Shown here piece by piece: positions 52,656-64,000 of a stretch of 64,000 bases of DNA; the stretch's first letter is position 1; the number at the start of each line of letters is the position of its first letter. The position numbers were made by a program, and so were the translations under genes. Source of the DNA: Antedon mediterranea. Taxonomy: Eukaryota; Animalia; Echinodermata. The notes under the pieces are model-generated. The model worked only from the letters and a program-made list of their open reading frames with translations. It ran no database searches and was not told where the DNA came from. Location of the stretch: contig NC_092676.1 in the NCBI RefSeq assembly GCF_964355755.1, forward strand, positions 29,964,871 to 30,028,870. The letters are read 5' to 3'.

Positions 52656-55600
52656 TCATTTAGAAAACGTAACATGGTAGCTGTGCTCTGGATGTTGAGT
52701 ACCAACAACATGAATTTGACTCTGAAAAACAAAACATGTTTGTGTAAAATAACTACATAAAGCATTTTAAATTGGCCGAAATTTTGATATTGCTAACAAA
52801 AATATTTTATCGTAAAACTAATTTATTTGTTTGACTGGATTTTAGTGGTAACCCTAAGAAAATCTTATTGCATGAATTCTGTAGTAGACTCGTATACTTA
52901 CAGGTTTTGGTAATGGGCCTAAAGCTGTGAAAGAAAGCTGCTGCAGTAGTAGTGTTATTAAAACATGCATTTCCATCAACGCAAACCATCTAACAGACAA
53001 GAAGAAAACAATTTGTAAATAGGTGTTAAGTGTGCAGGACATTGTACTGTATCTCAGCCTATGACTTGTCAAAAAGACAGATCATTTCATTCAAATCTCC
53101 TATTACTTTGAAATTAATAATTTAGACTAGTTTACCTTCCTGGACATTGGTATCGACCTCCGCCAAATCCTACAAACCCATCTAGGAACAAGTTCTTATC
53201 AAGATCAGCTGCCAACCAACGATCCTACGACAAAAAAAGAGATGCATCACAACTTCCATCAGAAAGCAGTTGTAATATTATATGAAAAGTAGAACCAAAT
53301 TGATGAAACTGCCTTTAAGCTGGTATATTATATTATTATTGGTACACCCTTTGTTTCATTTTTTTAAATGATCTAATAGAAATAATAAGACTTCATTTCT
53401 TTCTATTGAGCTATTGCTGGTCAGCATGAGTGATGATTTGAATTTATGTAATATTTGTTTTATTTGGATCATAATTAGAAATATAAGAGATCAAAATTAA
53501 TTTATTTATGACTGTAAACACTTTTATTTTAAAATCCATAAATCAATCTAATCTTTGTACATACATTTTCTAAAGCTCTGTCTACACTATCAAACTTTAT
53601 GTGACAACAAAACGTGATGTCATATCACTACCATATTTGGGCATATCACCACCCTATTTGACCACATCACACTTTTTTAGTCAAACTAGTTTGTTAGTGT
53701 ACAGAGCTTATAATACATACCGGCTTAAATGCATGTGGATCTGGGAAGTATCTAGGGTCTCTATGAGCCCAATATGGAGAGATCATTAGCATATCACCTG
53801 CTGGGATAGTGTAGCCCTGAAATAAAATGTAAAAATTAAAAGAAAGAAATGGCATGAATACGACATTAATCTCATAGGCCTGAGGACGATCAAAAGTTGA
53901 GAAACTCAACAGTTCTTTTCAGAACTATATGTATGTGGTGTATCACAAACTTTGTATCAACATTTGATTTTGCCATGCAAACCTTCCAACAATATTTTCT
54001 TTGTGTTTTTAAACTGTGTTGTGATCAAAATTATTGCAATGTAAACATATGCGATTCAGCCATTTGCTGTTATGTAAATATACATTTTATGTGTATAGAT
54101 ATACAGAAAAAGACCTTGTACAAGATTTGAACCAAAGAAATTGGAAGCAATACCATCAATCCATTGATATTATTATTGACACTCATGCTTTGTTTTACAG
54201 ACCTTCAGGTGAAAAGACTTGATAACCTTTCTAGCAATGACACCTGGTGAGCGAAGTCTAATCGTTTCTAGTATACATCTCTTGATAGATGGCAGTTTAC
54301 CAATAATCTTTTCATCTATTATAAGGTCAGTTTGTTTGTCGCCTAATACATCATTTAATTCTGCAGAAACCTTTTTCATTTCTTCTGGATCGTCGAGAAG
54401 AAATGCAATTACCCAAAAACTTATCTGAAAAGAAAAAAAATAATGATACCAAACTTGAATATTGAAAAAAATTAAATGGTGATAAAAATAACAATGTTCA
54501 AATATGACTCACTGGAATAGCATTGGCTTGAGACGCCCATAAAAGCATAAGTGCGAAATTTGGTCCAACTTTTCCAACCTCACTCATCATCTGTTGACCC
54601 AAAGTCTGGAAAAGAAAAACAAATGTTTAAATTTAAATAACAACCTTACCTTTTTGTTGGATACTTACTTTGCCTTTAGCCATTTGGGAGCTGTTGAGGC
54701 CCAGTAGATGATTTAACAACTCTCCTCCATGTGGCCCTGTCCTCAACCATCCTCAGTGTCTTATTGTGAGTCAGTTTAGTGTTTGATGGTACAGTAAAAT
54801 TTAGTCAAATATTCTGGTTCATTCAAATATTAATTTACAAATGCACACTCACCATTGATTTTGATGATTGTGGTTTTATGTCGTTTTGAAATTTTGTAAA
54901 TAGTTTGAGAAGCCATTGTTTGCATGCAGCCCAGTCTCTTAAAAAAAAACCCATTGGACATTTTATTTTAAATATGCTAGTTAAAAAGCAAAATTTACAT
55001 TCTCTTTAATTACAGTCAACAATTGAGGCTGTTGGGAGTTAATTAGAGAATTATCTTAGCTAACTACACAGCGGTATAAAGAGAGTTACACCAGTACTTA
55101 AATCAGACGTAACTTACCGAAGCAAAAAGCCTGGAATTTGTGATCCATACTCAAACTGATCATCAAATTTAACAAATATATCTTCAAGTTCTTGCATCTT
55201 TTCTTCACCAGACACAATTCCTTCACCAAACAAGTTCTTTACAACTGCACCAAACATTACCTTTCTGTGGATGTCAATAACAGAATCATGTGAGTAACAA
55301 TTGTTTTAGTTTTAATTAGGTCCGACTTAATCACGAGAACCCCATGGCTGATAGAGATTGGTAGACTTTTATAAAAGATTTTAAGGTCCAAAAATTATAA
55401 GAATATTATATATATAAGAATAATTGATGCTTCCAGTTTGGTATAGTTTTTAAATACAGATGAACAATTTGAGTACATAATTCTCTTTTTTGCAAAAAAG
55501 ATTTAATATTTTAATTTAACCTTGATACCTTATAAGCTTCATGAGATCCATCTCGCCCCTTTTGTGTAATTTGCAAATCTCCTTCGAAAACTTGTTGCTG

Positions 55601-56605
55601 AGGTCCGCATAGTAATTATTATGCTGTGAGGGTGCTAATCTTCCTTTCATTAGATCATGCATGTCTGTGTGGTACTTTAAGAAAAGTTCAGGCGTTAGTG
55701 ATGCTGAAAAATATAATACTTTATGATTATTCAGAGTTTGGCTCACATAAGAAATCGTTTGTCAAAAATATCTATTATTTTATTAGTTATTAGTGCTTTT
55801 AAAATATTATACAATTGTTAGCAATTTGCCTGATTTATTTGTATATGTGAGCAGAGGGGCAAAAATATTTTTTTAATTGGAGCTTACCGGTGTTTTGTAC
55901 GGCATCTACAACTGCTTGTTGGAAGTCAACGCTTTTTGAATTGAAGAAATATTGACGATGATCATCAACATCCATTAGAAATGTCAAGTATTTGCCAGCG
56001 GCAAGTACAGTAAATACTGGGCCATGCTGTAAAAGAAAATGCTTTAAAATGAAAATGCTTTAAAATGAAAATTGTGAAGTGATTTAAAGTGTGTCATATG
56101 TGTTAAGGTTAAATTTAAAAAAAGTCAACAATCAAAGGTTATTATAATCTGACAAACAATTTATTTGAAAAAAAAATTACAAAAAATACCATTGTCTTTA
56201 AAGTCTTAACCTTGTCTTATGTTACCTCAACAATAGCCTCAGTTAACGTACCCAAATATGATGATATTCCCAAATATGGTGATATGACATCATCATGTCC
56301 CTATATCATGGGCACATCACATTTTTGTCACATAAAGTTTGATAATGTAGGCAGAGCTTAATTCTAAATGGTAACATAATGTACAACAAACCCTATACAT
56401 AGTACTGTACTTATATACCTACCATGTATTTTGCATTATTGATATAACGCAAAGGGGTGACACCAAACTCAACACCAACACCCATCCACGGTATCCAACC
56501 ACTGATCGTGGGAGGACTGTTCCGCCTGTTCAGCTTAACCATAAACCAATTCACAAGAATAATTGCAACAATGCTTGATATTACGATCGAAATTGTGAGT
56601 AACAT
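52656..56605 (-). CDS. CYP39A1: Cytochrome P450, 24-hydroxycholesterol 7-alpha-hydroxylase-like (CYP7 clan), about 12 exons
   Basis: N-terminal TM segment then PPTISGWIPWMG; F.KFDDQFEYGSQIP; I-helix LMLLWASQANAIP; ETIRLRSPG; SPYWAHRDP.YFPDP..FKPDRW; heme motif FVGFGGGRYQCPGRWFALME. Confidence 0.85.
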
Positions 56606-57495
56606 TTTAGAAACTAGGCATACAAAGTACTGTATATGCTAAAAATGTGGCGGAAAATACCGGTAGTGTTGCAACATAGCTTCAGTTTCGATCCAGGGAC
56701 TACAAAAACAAATAAGTAGAGCGCCCTCAAAATTGGAGAAAAAACTATGGAGCGCTACTCTTAAAAACTTACTCTCTTTACGGTAACCCAGTTAAAATGA
56801 GTATGCCGCTACTTATTATACCTATTTTTGAGGTAATAATCTAAGTTACGTTTTGCTAATACGACGATAGATACTTTGAAGTCATCATTGGATGGACATG
56901 AAAAGAACATTAAATCGACGTTTCACATTTCGTATTCCTGTCACGTCACACTTGAGTGCGTTTTGCATGTGTGTCGTGTGTATATTATATTTTTTAGTTT
57001 TTTACAGCTTAAAATTAATGTTATATATCTAAGTATACTATTAATAGTTACTATTGTGTATCCTTCATTAGTAAGGTATGTTTTTGGAAGTTTAGTTTGG
57101 TTGATATAGGTAGACGTATGGGATGGCCTGGCCCTTATTAATTAAGTAGGGGGCCTAGGGCTAGCCTAGTTAGGCCTACTCTAGTAACTAGGCCTAGCTA
57201 GGCGAGGTCTAGGCCTAGGTAGAGTCTGAGATTAGGTCGGCTTACTACCTATTAGCTAGCCTAGCTAGAAGGGTAATACTAATCTACGCCCAGTACCGGG
57301 AGATAGGTATGTTTTTTTTAGGATATAATTATAAAATAACATTAAGTACTTTTTGTTAAGTGGTAAATTTAACTTATATATATATATATTTATTTTTTTT
57401 TCCAGAAACAAGGTTAAAATCAGGTAAAATACTTCATTTGTCACAACCCGTTTAACGTCAAACAAAACATCACTTGATCACAGACAGAGGTGAAA

Positions 57496-58321
57496 ATGGC
57501 GTCACGTACCGGATCAAGACCAAGTGGCTCGGATGGTAGCGATTTTGATCACAGAGAGAGGGTAGCAGATCACTATAAGATAAGGTGCAGCAAACACTGT
57601 TTCTCTTAGTAGTATCCTTATTATGGCTTATTAATATTTTAGTTTTAAAAAATGTTTTCACTATTACTGTAGATGATTCATGGATTACTACTATGTCAAA
57701 ATTGTTCTATTTACTGCAGTTACTGCAGGTGTTAATGGATAATTGCATAAACTTCTACATTGAAACCAATTACACCATGCATAATGTAGTTACATCAGTC
57801 ACTGCAGTAAAATAAATTTGACACGATTCCTTTGTAGAAAACATAATTTGTATATTTCTCATTCTAGTGCTGTACTGAAGCCAAAAATGAAGATTTGTAT
57901 GCTTCTGAACTTAGTTGTAGCTGTAAAAATTGCCGCTCTGGATGGAGCTTTACACATGGATCTACTGCCCCCACCAATTGACACCATCAAGATCCAACCA
58001 TGGCATTACATCATCATCTGTAGCTTTCTCTCATCAATCGTTGGCCTATCATCACTTTCCAAGAGCAATGGCGCACTTCTCAATGTTTACAAGACTGGAA
58101 CATTGCTATTCTGCCTTGGTGGTACAGTGTTTGGTATGATTACTCATTACAAGGAACTCCAAATGTACCTACAGACTGGTAAAGGCCTTTTGATATTTGG
58201 TTTACCAGCTATTGTTTTGCAATATGTTGGACTTTCTATTTACTTGGTTTTTACACTGTTGAATTATCGTTATGCAAGTAAGTTATCGGCTGCATGGCAC
58301 ATGAAAACTAAACGAAAATAA
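57496..58321 (+). CDS. JAGN1: Protein jagunal homolog 1; exons 57496-57584 and 57868-58321
   Basis: N-terminus [30 protein letters not shown], four hydrophobic segments, lysine-rich ER-retrieval-like C-terminus (AWHMKTKRK). Confidence 0.92.
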
Positions 58322-59475
58322 ATAAAATTATATTGAAATTTGAACTATATTATTTTTTTGTTTGATTGATTAATAGACATTGAGATGTCGCACAGAATTC
58401 CAAGATCTTCCCCAGTTTAATGTGTATAAAGTTTTTAAAAAATTCTTTTTATCCATTTCTTACAAATTTGTCTTAAAAGTATTGATTAAGAAGATAATTA
58501 TGTTACTAAACAACATTTTCTGTAACTCCTTCCAAGTACCCAAATAAGGTAGTGTTACGTCACAACAAGCCAATCACACAATACTTACTGGAGCTATTAG
58601 CAATTTATTAATATTTGACTATAAACACATAATATAAAACAAGCAACTACTTTCTGAAAATCAAATACAGTAAGCTTTGAAGATTATGATATGGTTAAAC
58701 AATTCAATATCTGTCAAGAGTGGTTTTTTTAATTAGTCAATACTATCCATCACCAATTGACACATTTATTATTTATCATCGTTTATTTGAGTTAATTTCA
58801 GCATTATTTGTTTGTTCTGTTTTTTTTCTAACCATGTTTCACATTAACCTTCAATCACTTTACGAAACACTGAATGATGTAACATCTTAAAGCTCTGTCC
58901 ACACTATCAAACTAGTTTGACAAAAAAGTGCGATGTGCGCAAATATGGTAGTGATATCATCTTCATATATGGGCACATCACGTTCTTTGTCGCATACAAT
59001 TTTTTAGTGTAGATCATGGCGAGTTAATGTGTTTAGACTAGGCGCCGAGCATTTACATATTCGACGCGTTACGCGTCAACTACATGAATCAATTGACCAG
59101 GTATCTACCACCAAGCAGGACATTGTACTTCTAACAACGACAGTTCATCCTACAGCATTAAGCCGTAGGATCATTCTTAACTACAAATACTTTATTTGGT
59201 CGATTGTTTGATCGGGTAGACTTCTTTAGGAAGACACTTTTGATCAGTTAGTTCGTAACAATTGCATTTATGCACAATACACATAGCAAAACATTATACA
59301 TGGTAATTTATATTAATGGAAGATAATATGTAAACTTTTGCTTTAGCCTACGTTAAGCGGGATGTGTTCAAGGCCCCGAACCCATATTAGGAAGACAACT
59401 CATTACTGTTTAACATTCAGCCATCCCAATGATATTGCACCCTATTTTGGCAACAAAAAATCCACAATAAAATAA

Positions 59476-61773
<2,298 letters not shown>

Positions 61774-62607
61774 CTATAACAACAACAACAAAATGTTTAT
61801 TTTTATTATGTTAATATTTTTTTTATTATTTATTTATTATTCCTTTCAGTGATTAAAAAAAAAGAAGGCACTAAGACGAGGAAAACTATCGCCAAGAGGC
61901 GTGTCTTTCCAACATGAGAGTTACTTTTATTTAGAAAACATTAAGGTATTCCAACACGTATTGGCAGTAGGCCTACAGTATTAAAATCATTGAATTCTTG
62001 AGAAATAATCCCAAACAAACAGCATACGGTATTATACGTGGGCATACAGGACACCACGTATCCCACTATTTTTTGGGCGGTTATATAATTTTCCCCTTGA
62101 AATATGAATGGATAAATAAAGTCTTTTGTTCAGTACTACTAAAACTTGTCAACATCTGACTGTACAGCTAATTTACTCTCATCGGTGCTAAAGTAGTGTA
62201 CTGTAATAATATATACCTCAGCATATTAATGACGGTTGTCTGATGAGCTATTGCAGAGTATAAAAGATATCCGCTTGATAACTATTATTGCATGACATTT
62301 CGTGCTCGGAATCACGTGACCAATGAAGACTGAGATCAAACGCTAATAAATTCAACCCTTTATTTCTTCTAAATTACAAATTCCCATGAACAGAAAGTGT
62401 GTCTGTTGACGCGAGTGCACGCATTATGATTGGCCGACTACATGGAAACATATTTTTGTTTGAGAAATGAAATCTACGATGTGGTTTTGAATGTCAGTTT
62501 TCAATATTTTTGTATTTGAATAATTTATTTTTGTTTTTTTAGTTTAGATTTGTGTAATGAATAAACGTATTAAAAAAGATCAATTGATATAAAAGATAAA
62601 TTATATG

Positions 62608-62852
62608 AAGTATGATAGACTTGCCCCAAGTATGATAGACTTTCCCCAAGTATGATAGACTTGCCCCAAGTATGATAGACTTGCCCCAAGTATGATAGAC
62701 TTGCCCCAAGTATGATAGACTTGCCCCAAGTATGATAGACTTGCCCCAAGTATGATAGACTTGCCCCAAGTATGATAGACTTGCCCCAAGTATGATAGAC
62801 TTGCCCCAAGTATGATAGACTTGCCCCAAGTATGATAGACTTGCCCCAAGTC
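62608..62852. repeat. 20-bp minisatellite, about 12 copies
   Basis: Unit AAGTATGATAGACTTGCCCC. Confidence 0.95.
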
Positions 62853-64000
62853 TGTATTTATTTACAGTATTTTTGTATGTTAGTCCAAAAGTCGACGTTT
62901 CGATTTTTGTCTGAAAATACAAGCTCAAAACTCCGTCTGGAATCCAGACTAGAATATGACTATGTGGCTGCTATCGCGTTATTTATTCATAATAATGTTG
63001 CCTGCTATCGCGTTTTAATGAACCTTGACCTTTCATTATTAATCCGTGTTCACACCCATCTTTGCGATTGCTCCGACATTCCTAATAGGCATAGTTGCTT
63101 CCCATTTTAATCAGTCTGGAGAATTGATACGTATGATTAGTACAGCAAAGTTCAATTTGCATCCAGGTCGGATATCTCGAGCTTTTTTTTTACAAATATA
63201 ATCCGCATGGACTACATCATCGATCCACGGATTAAATAAATCCCTTGGTATTTAATATTTTAACTTTTTAATTTAAATATTAAAAGCTCTACCCTGCGAA
63301 CCCCCTTTGTTAAATCGTTGAGGTATTATTATGGTTAAATGGTTCGACTTAATTAGGCCCACAATGCAACTTGAACCGAATGTTGGCTTCATGACGTAGG
63401 CCCTAGTTGTCATCGATATAAGAATTGGTTATTACCCTGTTAGTGTTAGTTAGTGTTAGTTAAAACGGATTAAGCATGCTTGTCGTTAAATTGTGGGTTT
63501 TTGGTGTAAGTAAACCCCTGTATTGAATTAAGAAGAGCATGTTTTAAAGTAATATTTGAGTGGTTTTTTACAGAATCTGTAAACACCAAGTGGGCTTTTC
63601 CATTAAAAGATTAAGCCTGATTAGCTAACATGATTTCACACTAGGCGATTTGTGTGTTGATGTATTTTGCTGTCATCCATTCTGTGTGACCGTGCTCATA
63701 ATCTATGTCGATTCCCATTTCACACTAGGCGATTTGTGTGTTGATGCATGTGTAACGGCCGACTGTCATCCATTCGCAGTGTGAACGCGCTGTCGTTTCA
63801 CAATCAATGTCGAGACCAATTTCCAATCTCATTTATCTTCAATAATTCATTTAATAACAAAATGATATTAACTTTATTTGCTGAAAATTGTTAATATTCC
63901 TACTGTAGGCCCTACCTATACTGTTAATAATCTGTTTAAATTTAACTAGTGACATTATAGGCCTATATTATTTATTTTGGATCAACCTATGTTTTTATTC

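Noticed and set aside
62539-62928. ORFs with GQVYHTWGKSIILGASLSYL repeats
   Set aside because: Translations of the 20-bp minisatellite.

Overview
AT-rich, intron-rich animal genomic DNA. It is probably a marine invertebrate deuterostome such as an echinoderm, but that is inferred from gene content and composition only. It is not prokaryotic and contains no CRISPR array. In order, the window holds: the 3' part of a frameshifted CR1/L2-group LINE; a ~24.5-kb, ~48-exon PARP4 (vault PARP) gene; an AZUL+HECT E3 ligase (UBE3A/HECTD2 family); IRAK1BP1; an intronless carbohydrate sulfotransferase; a membrane-anchored GH65 PGGHG/ATHL1-like glycosidase; CYP39A1 (-); JAGN1; and a divergent alpha-tubulin (-). 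Introns carry many MITEs, SINEs, minisatellites and two non-autonomous DNA transposons with clear target-site duplications (TSDs). The most striking signal is in the PARP4 linker: 15 consecutive symmetric phase-1 mini-exons (24-108 nt) that show internal duplication, beside minisatellites that multiply splice sites. Exon boundaries were read by eye from GT/AG signals and reading frame, and have no transcript support.
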